DNA from: Moniliella sp. 'wahieum'
Taxonomy: Eukaryota
Length of the DNA: 64,000 nt
Assembly (NCBI GenBank): GCA_003971905.1
Contig: RSEE01000012.1
Coordinates: forward strand, 434,001-498,000
Direction of reading: 5' to 3'
The notes beneath the pieces are model-generated. The model worked only from the letters and a program-made list of their open reading frames with translations, did not search any database and was not told the origin of the DNA. Both the position numbers and the translations under genes were made by a program. Below, piece after piece: positions 25,985 to 38,413 of this stretch. Each line of letters begins with the position of its first letter. Position 1 is the first letter of the stretch.

Positions 25985-26232
25985 TGTTAGGGTACTGCTA
26001 GGGTTCTCCTGCGCGGCCCTCAATGGATCGGTGACGCTCGCCTAGTCGAGCGGAAGCGTCCGCTCGCAGCCGCGACGCCCTGTCGCTTCATCTCCCTTCT
26101 CTCTCTCCTTTCTCCTTCCCTTCAGACGTTTGCTTGAAGACTTGTGGCTCACCACTTTGCCTTCACGCCTTGTCTGAAGGCTGCTTTGCAGCTGATCCAT
26201 AGGATCGCGAGTGCTCTCAAGTCGCACTCTAG
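25985..26232 (+). mobile_element. LTR-like dispersed repeat, copy B
   Basis: Begins TGTTAGGGTACTGCTAGGGTTCTC and is nearly identical by eye to 51899-52150 through ...gtcgcactctag. Right terminus unclear. Confidence 0.75.
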
Positions 26233-28240
26233 CATATCAGAGCCCGAGGCTGAATAAATGCAAGAAAATACTGATGCATTGTGTACTCCTATCTCCCCTC
26301 TCTCCTCCGGTTCGATCATTTAGTGCATCAAGCTCCAAGCTACTTCAAGAGGTATCCTGGTTATCCAACACATCCTTCCTCAAAATGCGTCTCCTCGAAC
26401 TATCTCTAGCAGAAGGTGACCGGAACTGCTTGTCACGGGGGGCGACGACTGAGCCGCCTTGCACAGCCACCTCCAATTCCTTGTCGTCACTACCGCTTCT
26501 CGGCTTCTTTCCCCTTCCTTCTTTTAAGCACTCCACTTGTAGAAGAAACACCTTTCGATCAGCTCGCTCGCCCTACTCCCTTGCCCATGGGAGCTCCCCG
26601 CTTTCCCGTCGAGCCCTTAGGCCTTGCACACGCAACCTCTGCTCGCAGACAGCTACTCAGGCTCTGCTCGACGTACAGCAAAGCATCACTCACAACCCTC
26701 CTGCGTTCACGCCAGTGTGCCTTGGACTTTGGATCTGAAACGCGTTCAGTCCTCCGTGAGTTTTTCTCCGATGAGCAGGGAGGGTCTCCGCCTGGGAAGC
26801 CAGCCACCCCGTCACACTGCTCATGATATGATCTCTCGGTGTCATGTGATACTGAGAGTCTCCCGGCGATATATGCGTCCTATATTAGACGTACGCTAGC
26901 AACACCTTTCTGAACGTGAACAGGTAAACGAAGAGAGGAAGAGTCCGATGGATATGCTGTGCGTCGGGCACCTTGGTTGCGACGTTCATCTCAGGGAAAT
27001 GGCGGTGGAGACGTGGAAGGGGACAGACCATTGCGGCGCTTGCCCCCTTTTGGAGATAGGGTTTAGTATATATAGTACACTTGCGTGCGCAACGACGGCA
27101 TATATTGCATACGTACCCACAACAGGAGTTAAGGTAGTTACAGTCATTCACAGGCGTTTTGTGGGTGTGTGCACACAGTATCTTGTTGTTTCATCCCACC
27201 TCTTTTGATGTCTCATTCGCGCATGCAAACAGGAGTATGTTACACTGATCATTTATTGTACATTGCTTTAGACATCTTGTGGTGTTAATAGTACTGCAGT
27301 ACTGGTAGAATATGCTCTCGTGCATATACTCGAGGCGTGTGGCGCGTGTGTGGACCTCGAAGACTTGTGTTTGACACTATAGTCAAATTCCGTAAAAGCG
27401 AGCCATTGCGGATTGGCCAGAAGTTTGTCAACGCAGTCGGCGCAATCTGAGCAACAGGAGATATACATTGGGCGGATGTGTGGCGCCCGGAAGCAAAGGG
27501 TTTAGATGCTAGAGAGCGGGAGAGTGTAGTAGTACATATAGTACCACAGCAATGTCCTCCTCGTTGCTACTACTATCGGATTTTCCGGCTGACTGGTCTG
27601 TCGCAGGTCGTACGGAAAAGTAGGAACCCTCTCAAGATGGGAAGAAGAGAACCAAGCATCATGCGTGCGTGATGGATGAGCGCGTGACTGCTTTTAGCTT
27701 GGCTGCGTTTCTGCTGTGCCTGGGGATGCGATACCCGGGCATAGCCTGCCACGCATGTCCCCATAGGGGCCCCGTGCTGGGTGGGTGCGGCGCAGTTTTC
27801 CCAGCAGCCACCGGCAGGCTCTTATAATGCATGGCAGGCCAGCACAGCGCCCCCATGCGGCGACCCAGCACAGCGCCCAACAACTACTTAGTTGGCCTCT
27901 TCCCTTTCCCCTTCGCCCAGCTTCCCCGGCCCTGCCCACTCCGCCCACGCCTCTGGCCCCGTGCCCCCCCCGACTGTCCGTCGTCAGTAACTAGTAACAC
28001 CCCGCACCCCCCGAATTTAGCTGCTGCGCCAACAACTGCCCTCGAAGCTTGTGAACAGAAGGCGCAGTGTGTCGCCGCCCCCTCATGACACCCCCGTTTT
28101 CATCCCTCTCAGCTTGCATCGGGAGGCCGCATGCCGAAGCCTATAAAACATCTTCGTCTGGAACGCTTCCCTCACAACTTACCCCTCTCACGCCCCTCTG
28201 CTCCCCTCCCGAACTCATCACCTCTTCGTTGCTGGCAACT

Positions 28241-29038
28241 ATGGTCGCGGTCAAGTTCTTTTTCTCCCTCGTCGTCCTCGTAGCCCTGTTCCAGGTCGTG
28301 GCGGCTGTGAGCCCATTGTTATCTCCTGGTGAGACACGAATGGCCAAGCGCAAGATCCACATCCACCGGGCCAAACGTATGGAAAGCCAGCCCGAGCAGC
28401 GCAATGTCACCAATGCCGCTCGCTCTCAGGTCAGCAAAAAGGAGCCGCGTAGCAGCAAGGCCTGGTCGGACCGTGTGCTGGAAAAGCGCTACACTGTGTA
28501 CAAGGGTGGCCAAGGCACCTGGTACTCCGGTGGAAACCTTGTATGTCTGCTGATTCCCTTTTTCCTTCATCCCCCTTTCTGAAGTGAACGCACAACGCCC
28601 GGCAGCACATCAAATACTGACACGAGGTTGAAAAGGACAACCCTGCCTGTGGCGGCAGCACCCCCACCGACTCTTCCAGTATTGTGCCGTGCCTGCCAAC
28701 TCTCCTGCCAAGTGCTGGGATTGGATCCGGTACGTTTTTTGCTCTCTGCTTACACGTTCTCATTCATTTCCTGATGTGCTTCTCTTTTTTTGGCTTTCAA
28801 CCTTGTCAGAATTCACTACAACGGAAACGTCGCCGTCGCCCAGGTTGTGGACGAATGTGCTAGTTGCGAAGGGTCCAATGATGTTGATATGACCAAGAGT
28901 ACGACGTTTTTCTCCCTTTGCATCATATGGCTTTGCTAACCCCCTTTTGTTGTGCAGGTGTCTTTTCCCAACTCGCCAACCTGGATGTTGGTGTTGCTGG
29001 AAGACATTCATTGGCGCAATCTCAACAACGACAACTAA
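28241..29038 (+). CDS. Secreted RlpA/DPBB (expansin/loosenin-like) protein
   Basis: Signal peptide MVAVKFFFSLVVLVALFQVVAA, then GQGTWY...PACG...IVAV...C...VVDECASC...DVDMTKGVFSQLANLDVGV. Three GT-AG introns. Confidence 0.85.
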
Positions 29039-30554
29039 GTCCAGGTGACAAAGAGCCTCCTGCTGTGCAGGAAGGCTTATTGTTTGACGGAAGTCCAAGT
29101 TCCATTTTTTTTTCGGTTTCACCCAGGTTCCACAGGTGCCCTCCAGGTCCCCTCCATCAGGTCCCCTCCTCGCACTGTTACTCAAAAGCTTTACCATACC
29201 ATCATCCACATCCTCCCACCCATTTTCACCTCTAGCTGTTTCTGCTGAGCAGTTTCTATGCTAGGATGGGCCATCGACACGCTACCGCATTTTCTTATTC
29301 GGCAGACCTCATTCGGGCTTTTTGTGCTCACCTTTTCGCACCATGATTTTCTCATATGCGTGTCCCATTTCCTTCATCACGCCCACTTTCCTCGCTACTG
29401 TATCCCATTCTGCAAGTGTGGCACTTTCTGCCCCTCGTGTTTGCTCTCGGCTTGGTGGCTTGTGCCAATGCTTCCTTCAGTTCTACGAGAGGGTGAATAG
29501 AATTGAACTGAAGACACCGGTTCTCTTTGATAACACCCTCAGTTATAGCCTACGCCATCTTCCGGTTTTGAAGTGCCGGCAGTGTGTTACTAAATAAGCT
29601 ATCCCTAACCTTATTGCACCTTCGTTCGGGATTAGGAAGAAGTGGTGGTCTTCACACCTTTTTCAACTGTAATATCTGTCGAACTATGGGTGTCTCGTGT
29701 GTTGTGGCCAAGGTCCCTTCAGTCCCTCATCTCAGGCTTATAAGATCTCCGATGTTTTCTTGCTTCTGGTATTTTCTTTGCTTTGCAGCTCCACATATAG
29801 GTTGCATGGCGACTGGCTGCTCGATGTCCCTGTAGGTGCCGTTGGATGGCATATAGACGATCTCCACCGTCATCCCAAGTGTGCATCACCCGCGGGGGCT
29901 ATCAAGACTCGAGGCCACGTCAGTATGACGACTGAGGAGGGGAAGACATTTGTTATACTCCGTCAGTGTACTCAATCTGAGCCCGCTACATTCTTGGTTG
30001 TGTACTACAGAAAGATTCGGCACCCGATTGGATGAAATCAATCGGGGAAATCGCTATCACGGTGTTCGGTGCGTGGGACTGTTGCTAAGAGCCAACTCTT
30101 CATGATCGACTTGTGTTCCCCTTGCCAAACTGGGGAAGCTGCTGATATACTTATGACACGCTGATACGCCATCTAAATACAGGATGCAAGATGGGCGCCA
30201 CACACACAACCCTAACAAAGCCTTTTTATTGCGCCGCAGGGGCACAAGGGCGGTCATCTCTATCACAACCCTATTTGGGCATATCAGGCCTGCCTGGCAT
30301 CCTCTTTTGGCTTAGGCCCCGGTAAGCAAGGTGTGCTCAATCTGCGCATCGTCCAGAGAGGTACGTTTGGGCTCCTGGTAAGGGCACGGATACTGCCTGG
30401 CGGATCGCCGGCGGCCTTGATACTCATGGACATCTGACGGGCGACCACGCTCCCGTTGGACAGTGTTAATCGTGGATGGATTATTGCCGCATGTGCCCTG
30501 TCGGCTGCTGTGGGGCTATGAACTAACCTGATCATTCGTCCCAGTCATTCCAAG

Positions 30555-30932
30555 ATGGTCAACGTCCCTAAGACTCGCCGCACCTACTGCAAGGGCAAGG
30601 ACTGCAAGAAGCACACGTGAGTATCGCCTGTTTAACTCACGACCATTTGCTCAATACTAATTTCTCTGATCGCCCAGCCCCCACAAGGTAACCCAGTACA
30701 AGACTGGCAAGGCTTCGCTCTACGCCCAGGGTAAGCGGCGTTACGACCGGAAGCAGAAGGGTTACGGTGGTCAGACCAAGCCCGTCTTCCACAAGAAGGC
30801 CAAGACGACCAAGAAGGTTGTGCTGCGCCTCGAGTGCTCGGCGTGCAAGTACCGCTCGCACGTGGCCCAAGCGCTGCAAGCACTTCGAGCTTGGTGGTGA
30901 CAAGAAGCAGAAGGGCGCTGCCCTCGTTCTAA
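30555..30932 (+). CDS. RPL42: 60S ribosomal protein eL42 (L44/L36a)
   Basis: [74 protein letters not shown]...[13 protein letters not shown]. Intron 30617-30677. Confidence 0.97.
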
Positions 30933-31715
30933 GCGCGTTGCAGTCAACGACGCCGCATTCGTTCTTTTCCTTCAGGACTGTTCGTGTTGTCGTGGCGGCT
31001 TGGCGCCAACGCTGGCTTTTTATCTGGTTACTTCACCCTGGCCGCAGTAGCATCATCGCTGTCACCTTCGCCTGAGGTGAGCCACCTATGCCGCAGCTCA
31101 CTGCTGCAGTATGACCATCCTAAAATCTTCGCATTTCGCATCCCCCACACACTACAGCGACCTCACCACCATTCGCTCTTTGGCATCTTATAGCTCTTAT
31201 TGGCTCGGATGTCGGGCTCGGATGCCGGCAGCATGGAAGGCAATTGCAGCATTGGGAGGTGGCGCTAAGGTAGCACCAAGGTGGTGGGTGCTATCGCTAG
31301 GAGTTGCTGTGATTCTGGGTGGGACAGTTCTTCAGCCGGACATCCTAGGTCATGCTTGTACCCCGAGCCTTCTCGTCCGAGGTGGTTTGCTCGGTGTGCC
31401 GAGTCTTCGGAAGTACAGGGATGGGCGCCAAACCGTCGTTCAGAATGATAGATTCCTAAATTGCCAGGACTTTTCATAGCGAGCCACGAAGATCGGCTGT
31501 GGGTGTGTCACGGTTGCTTCAAGCCAACCATGGACAGAATTTGTTTAACCAACTTTTATACCCAGTCCCAACCCTCTATTGTGCGCCTGAAAATCGCTGA
31601 TTCTGGGGCCATTGTCACATGTCATGAATACACGCGGGGAAGCACAAACAATCGGTATCCCCTACTAACTGCCCATAGCAGATGTTTACCCTTTCCAAAA
31701 TGGCGATCAGCCAAT

Positions 31716-32149
31716 TTAGATAAGGAGGCGCTCGATCTGAGAACGAGAGATATTAGACAAGAGGTTGAGAGAGAACAGAAAAGACGTACAGCAAGTTTAA
31801 TAGTTTGAATCTGGCTCTGCAGTTCGCGAGCCTCGTTGGTGGTGACCGAGGCAGCAATGACAGGACGAGAGACGTTGCAGGCGCGGCCAAGCGCCGTCTT
31901 AGAGGGAACAAAGACATAGGGCACGTTCTTGTCCTCACACAGAAGCGGAAGCGAGAGCACAATTTCGATGGGTTCCGTGTCGGCAGCCATGACAATGAAC
32001 TCGCAGATACCGCGGTTCAGCGTCTTGGTTGCCTCGTTGGCACCCTTCTTGAGCTGCTTGTAGTGCGACGCCTGCTGCACCAGGTCAAGGATCTGGTTGG
32101 TCAAGGTCGCATCGGCGAGGGGGAAGGCCTTGGGACTGATAGCAGACAT
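31716..32149 (-). CDS. SNU13: U4/U6 and box C/D snoRNP protein Snu13 (15.5K, L7Ae family)
   Basis: [41 protein letters not shown]...[18 protein letters not shown]. Intron 31737-31789, then IERLLI*. Confidence 0.97.
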
Positions 32150-32409
32150 AATGGGTGGTAATGGGCGAAACAAATTAGGGATGGAAACTGCCAGGGACCT
32201 CACGGCCGGGGATCACGGGTCGAGACAGCGGCGAAAAGGCAGCTGTGATGGCGGTGGTGGGGTTGGATATGAGGTCCAAACGTTGAAGCGGTCTTCATAC
32301 GCAATGGGTTGAAAAAAGTATTGCAAGGGCGGAATTTACTTGGGCGGAATCTAGGATCGCGTGTGGGCAGCAGCTGCTGAGATTTGAGACGAGGGCAGAG
32401 CACAATTGA

Positions 32410-32890
32410 TGTCGATGATCGATGATCATTTAACCGGTAACTAGGTAACTCGGCAATTGGTAACCGGTAACTAGTAACTAGCAAAACAGGTATTCCCATG
32501 CGATGTCACACGACCGGCCACATTGCCTCTGGGTGGCCCAGCCTCAGCACACAGTACCAGTACCAGTCGCCGTTTCTCGTTGTTGATCGTTCCGTGTGAG
32601 CGCGTGGGATCTGAGAGCCTAAGGGTGCTCTTGAGATGCTCAGGCGCTCAGGCATCTCAATCAGCGCCCAGTTGCTCCGTCTGAGCGTACTGAGTACTGA
32701 CTTCGAATATTGAGGTCGGAGAGGAGCTCGGAATAACTCAATGCAACCCGTGGAAGATGGCGCTGGGCGTACGGTTTCGAGTTAAATTCTGTAGTGTAGG
32801 ACCACGCCATCACGCGACGGAGATAAGTCCAGCTCGTCCTCGGAGCCGGCCAGTCGATGATCGATGATCGATGATCGATGATCGATGATT
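32410..32890. promoter_or_regulatory. SNU13/GGT divergent spacer with heptamer arrays
   Basis: TAACCGG/TAACTAG units 32431-32481, TGAGTAC 32687-32700, and (TGATCGA)4 32854-32888. Confidence 0.5.
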
Positions 32891-33057
32891 AGGACCTCAC
32901 GCCTCAGGCTGCCGTGGGGCGCCACAGAATCGATAACAGGCGATACTCGATAGTACGGCCGCCCGCGGCAGCACGCGAGTGGGCGTGTGGGCAGGCAAGC
33001 GCCCACGCTCCTCCTTCCGAACACTCATCCCTTGTCTTTACCGCCACCTTCACGCCC

Positions 33058-35194
33058 ATGAACGCTTACGACACCAGCGAACGCTTGCCGCTCTTGTCCG
33101 ATGCCGAGAAGGATGAGACCAAACTCGCCCCCTTATCGGGCCCCGTGCTCTCCAACCGGCGGCGCGACAGGCGGTGGCGATGGCGGATCCTGCCTGCCCT
33201 CTGCATTGCCCTGGGCGTTGCGGCACTTTGCTGGGTCGCCCTCTGCCCCCAAATCCCGACGCTATCCGCATTGACACCCATGTCGCCCAAGCTGGATGGA
33301 GGAAATCGTACCCGCCGCCACCGCGAGGGCCGGACCTACGACGCTTTCACCGCCTTTGGGCAGCACGGCGCGGTAGCCACCGAAAACGAAATCTGCAGTG
33401 ATATGGGTGTGGATGGTGCGTCGATCTTTCGTGGCTCATGTGTTAGGATCGCAAGTTGACTCCCGTGTCGTTGCAGTGTTGCGAAAGGGCGGAAATGCGT
33501 TGGACGCCGCGATCACTGCCACACTCTGTGGGGGACGACCAACATGTTTAGTAGCGGCATCGGTGGCGGTGGCTTTCTGAACATCCGCGCCCCGAGATCG
33601 TGTTCGTTGCTTGAGCGGCGCCAAGGCCTGACCGATTGTGCGGACCACATGACGATCGATTTCCGTGAGACTGCTCCAGCGGCTAGTAATGCGACCATGT
33701 TTGACGAGGACAACGACCCTGAGCTCTCCTCCCTCCGCAATACTGCCCAACACGCTGTTGGACCAGAACACAAATACGACAAATTGTTCGCGAGCTCGAC
33801 TTCGCTCAAATCCAAGATTGGTGGCCTGGCTGTTGCCGTTCCGGGTGAGGTGCGTGGCTTGGAGGAGGCTTGGCGGAGATGGGGGTCACACAAACCTCAC
33901 CTGGGTTGGGAGGAGCTCATCATGCCCGTGGCCCAACTAGCAAAGAAAGGGTGGACAGTGCCCCCGCTCTTGGAGCAGCGGGTGCGGATGTACGAAAACT
34001 TGACCAACCTTTTCACCGCTCGACCCGAGTGGGGGGCGATCTTTACCAACAATGGCTCTCTCAAGCGCCGGTGATCGGATTTCTCGTCCTGCGTACGGTT
34101 CGTCATTGGCCAAGATCGCCAAAGGTGGCAGTAGTGCATTTTTATGGCGATATGGCGCGTAGCATGGTGGACGAGGTCCAGCAGCGAGGGGGGATCCTCT
34201 CTATGAAGGACTTGGCTGACTACAAGGTCGGAGTTGCCCCCGATTCAGGGGACATGGGGGACAGGAGAGTGTGGACCACCCCGGCACCTTCCAGCGGTCC
34301 GGTCTTGCTCTCCATGCTGCGTATCCTGGGTTGTGGGGGAAAGAGCTGGCTACCACCCCATCTTGGATTTCCCCTCTCTCTGCCCATCGCCTGGTTGAGA
34401 CGCTCAAGACTGGTTTTGGCCAACGAACTCACTTGGCCGACCCTGCGTTCCTCAACTCGACTAACCGGGCAAAGATCGACACAATTGCCAATGATGCTGC
34501 CGAGTCTGCACGACTTCATGGCAGACTTAGTGACAACCATACTTGGGATACAAGGACGCCCGAGGGTCTCAGCTTTTACGAACCCATCTTTGACATTTCG
34601 GAGAATCATGGGACAATGAGCTTAAGTGTCATGGACGAAGCAGGCATGGCGGTTGTCGTCACCTCAACGGTCAATCTCCCCTTCGGATCACAAGTGCTCG
34701 ATGCCAAGACGGGAATTATAATGGGCGATGAGATGGACGACTTTTCCGCCCAAGGCCAACCCATGGATTTGGTCTGTGGCCTTCGCCGTTCAACTATCCG
34801 GCCCGGGCAAACGCCCATTGAGCAGCATGGCGCCGACCATTGTGGAGCAGGCTAATGGAACGGCGATACTTGCCGTTGGTGGTTCGGGGGGCTCGCGCAT
34901 CTTCCCTGCCGTACTTCAAACGATGCTGAATCTCGACTGGGGGTTGGATTGTCCAACTCAATCGAAGCACCCCGTTTGCATCACCAACTTCTGCCCCACA
35001 CTATTGAGGCTGAGTCGACGTTCCCAACCAGTCTGCTTGCCAGTCTTGCTAAGAAGGGCCACGAGCACGAGATAATCAGCATCAACGAAGGCTGGGCGGT
35101 TGTGCAAGCAGTTCAGCACACGACGAATAACCTGCAGCCTCGGTTCATCGCGGCGAGCGACAGCCGCAAAGCTGGTGTGGCCACGGCGTACTGA
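33058..35194 (+). CDS. Gamma-glutamyltranspeptidase, type II membrane protein (Ecm38-like)
   Basis: N-terminal [47 protein letters not shown], nucleophile region [41 protein letters not shown]. Confidence 0.93.
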
Positions 35195-35310
35195 TGGCTG
35201 CGAGGATCCTACGGCTGCAGCTACTCCTTCCCCCATTGTGACGGTCTTGCCCATTCATGCTTGAATGCCCATCAATATCAATTCTGACGAACCCGGATAT
35301 GGGACACTCA

Positions 35311-36818
35311 TTATAATGATGTCAGAGCAACGCTTAGATTTGGCCAAATAGACCCTTCGATGACGCCCTCGTCAGCTGGGTCCCGTTTCCTGCCTTCCTC
35401 TGCGGGGGGCGGCGGGTTGTCGCCCTCCAGAACACGGAGGTAGAGCTGGCGTGCAACGCTGCTGTTGTCCTCATCTCGCAGTTGAAGATGCGCCTGGGGG
35501 TTCATTGGGTCACCCTTGGCAAAGAGGGAGCCCGAATAGACTCGGGTGTCGGGACGCATCGATAAGCGACGAAGCTCACGGTGCAGATACTCGGTCACCA
35601 GCTCGAGCTGCTGGGGGAAACAAGCTCGGGGTAGTCGACGGCCAAGCTGATAGCCTCCGAAGCAGCCTCGGTTGGGATCTCAAACTGACCGGGGATAACA
35701 CGGCCCGAGTAGAGGGTGGTGTTACCAACAGGCATGATGGGCAGGTACGGGTCGCGCTTGCCGGCTTGGATTGCTTTGTTCCGTTCCTCCTGGGACTTGA
35801 CTTCAGCTTCCGGCGAGCCTTTTCCAGCTCCTCCTGGTCGACCTCCGGTTTCTCTGAATCGACGTCTGAGATCTTGGCCCGCACACCACCCACAGCATCG
35901 AACCCACGAGCAAACCCACCGGCACCCACACTACACGCCCACAAGCCGACGCAAATTTGGGGTCGGGCTGCACCACACCATAGAGCCCAGCCTTTTGACT
36001 GGAGATTGTGCCAGGGCCTCATCCAAACGCAAACACCAGACCACGGTGTTGCTGATGAGGTCTTCATGAACTTGCGCACCAGCCGCTCCCGCTTGATATG
36101 GTACTCGGTTTGCATCCTCCGCTCCGAGTCCAGGAAAAAGTGGTTAGTAAGCTCTTGCGCATACAGAGTAGCGCCAGCCGGCTTGGGCAAATGCGCAAGC
36201 GAACGTGGACCATCCATACATGGATCGCCGTAATGGCCCACCATGTTTGGAACGTCCGCGGCAAGCCACAGACTGAGGGACAAGAAAAGGGAACAGGAGG
36301 TCAGTTGGCTGATGACCTGGGGCCGAATGGTGCACACATACCTCCATACCAAAACCAGGCCTGATGCTCGTGAATATCAGCGCACGCGTCATAGATCTTG
36401 TTGGTGGCATATGAAGCACGGTAGGAAGGCAAGGCTGTACCCACCACACGGGCAAGCTTGGTAGCGACCCAGACGGTGAGCGGGTGGTGTTGCCTGCGCA
36501 GGGGGGTGACCGCGGCTTTGCGGGCGTGTTGGATGTGCTCCACCGCGTTCTGGGCATCCACTTTGGCATTGTCTGGCAGGGTGTCCTCGGCGTGTTGGAT
36601 GGCGCGCGCCTCGCGCACTGTCATCCGGGGGTCCGCGGGACGGGTGCTGGCTGGGAAGGCTTGGGGGCCGTGCTGGTGCTTGCGGCCTTGGACGGCCGGG
36701 CCCGGGGCGGCTTGGCGACATACGGGGACGGACGTGGCGAGGGTGCGCGCGCAAGAGGAAGGGGCGTCCGCGCGGCGGCGCCGCGGGACAGCTGAGCGGT
36801 CCGGAGCACAGCCAGCAT
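35311..36818 (-). CDS. CBP3: Cytochrome b assembly/translation factor Cbp3 (UQCC1 family)
   Basis: Presequence-like MLAVLRTAQLSRGAAART; TFQTWWAITAIHVWMVHVRLR; YAQELTNHFFLDSERRM; EYLHRELRRL. 3' end approximate. Confidence 0.8.
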
Positions 36819-37169
36819 GGCGGGGGGATGGGTGTGGGTGTGGACAGGGAGGGGGCAGCGTTGGGCGAGCAGGGAGCAGAAGAAACGGGGGCGGAATGGA
36901 AGCTTGCGGCTTGAGCTTGAAGCCGGAGGGGCGGCGCCGCTTGGATAGTGAACATTGCAGCGCCTGCGGTGGCCGGTGTTCCGCCCCTGCGCTGGCGCCA
37001 TCTGCCCAGGAGGGGAACCATTTGAACATTGCAGCTGCCGTTTCGCCTGAGCCACACCGGGCCCTTGCTAAACGCCGCCTGCGTGGCGGAAACGCGGGCA
37101 GCAGCGGCAGTGCGTGTGCCCCACGCAGCTCCGGCTGCCCCACCACCTCCGCTCTGCCGCCCCCCCGCC

Positions 37170-38052
37170 ATGTCGTCCTGGTGGCCCGCATCCAAGGCGG
37201 CCGACCCAACAACACAATCGAGGTCGACGATGCCAGCGCCTGGTCCAACCCCTTCACCAAGGTCGCTTCCAACCAGTCCGTCGTCTCCAGCAACCAGAGC
37301 CAGAGCGGCGCCTCGTCCTGGGCCAATCCCTTCCGTAGCAAGTCGCGCGACACTGCGAACACTGCGACGGCGGAGGCGGATACCCGTTTTCGGCTGCCTC
37401 GGGAAATGCCGTAGGCGGTGGGTCGGGGTCCCGATGGATCAATGTCGACAGCGAAAACCTGAGCTTTGCTCGCAACGAGCTGACAGGCGAAAACTCCGAG
37501 TTCAAGAAGTGGGGCTTTGACCTGACGCGACAGCAGAGGATCATGGGCTTCCTTGGTTGGTAAGTCATTTGAAGTTGGTTCTACCCAGTGTTTCTTGTCT
37601 ACTCGGTGCCTCGCTAACATCTTCCTCGACAGCGTGGCATCCGGCTTTGTCATTTCCCTTCTCGGCACCATCCTGCTCATCGTGGGCAGCCACGCTGCAT
37701 TTGCCATCCTCTACTCGATTGGTGTAGTCATCTCGTTGGTCGGGACTGGTTTCCTTATTGGCGTATGTGCTCCTTTCCCTAACCCCCGTCCAGAGGTCTA
37801 CTGACATGGATCGTGTTTTGTTGTTAGTTTGCTCGCCAACTCAAACTCATGTTCAAGCCAGTGCGCATCATTGCTACAGGATTGATGATTGCGGCCTTTG
37901 TCATGGTCTGGATTTCAGCCTTTGTGATTCACATCTCTTTCCTCGCGCTGATCTTCTGTATCCTCCTCTATGTGTTCTATCTGTGGTATGCCCTTTCCTA
38001 CATCCCTGGTGCTCACAGTTTCCTCAAGGGCATTTTTTCGCGGGTCATTTGA
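37170..38052 (+). CDS. Got1/Sft2-family vesicle transport membrane protein
   Basis: FDLTRQQRIMGF, FAILYSIGVVISLVGTGFLIG, QLKLMFKPVRII, LWYALSYIPGA. Two introns. Confidence 0.88.
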
Positions 38053-38413
38053 TCCCATCGGTCGGTGCTAGACAAGAGATACGGGTCATGGAGGGCGCGC
38101 CTGCCCATCTCGGCACGAACAATCAGACGATCTTCCCTCCTGATCATGATAGGTCAAACTTCAGCTACTGATCTTCACATCGGAGTTGCCCAGTTGACCT
38201 GTGAGTGATCATGATCATGGCTGCTTGTCCCGAGCGCTTATTTGCGATGGGAGGGACAATGCCTGTGCGAGCAGCACTCTCAACTGTTGTCATTTTCTGT
38301 CTTTATGATACGCGCGACTGAAGAAGCGCAAGTACAAGAATTGTCAAGCGGGGTCCATCATGATTCAGTGACGAAAGGGAGAAGTGTAGGGAAAAGGAAG
38401 TAGATAGAAATAT

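Noticed and set aside
26204..26232. Helitron 3' end (GAGTGC..GCACTC hairpin then CTAG)
   Set aside because: The hairpin abuts the CTAG with no spacer, copies A and D read CTAC, and the TGTT...AACA ends fit an LTR better.
26240..27700. Cys-rich short ORFs as a secreted protein or transposase
   Set aside because: Fragments are short and inconsistent, with no signal peptide or catalytic motif I can support.
36301..37707. Long antisense or alternative-frame ORFs (e.g. 468 aa here, 241 aa at 14674, 244 aa at 16950)
   Set aside because: Shadow ORFs caused by high GC and codon bias of the real genes; no recognisable motifs.
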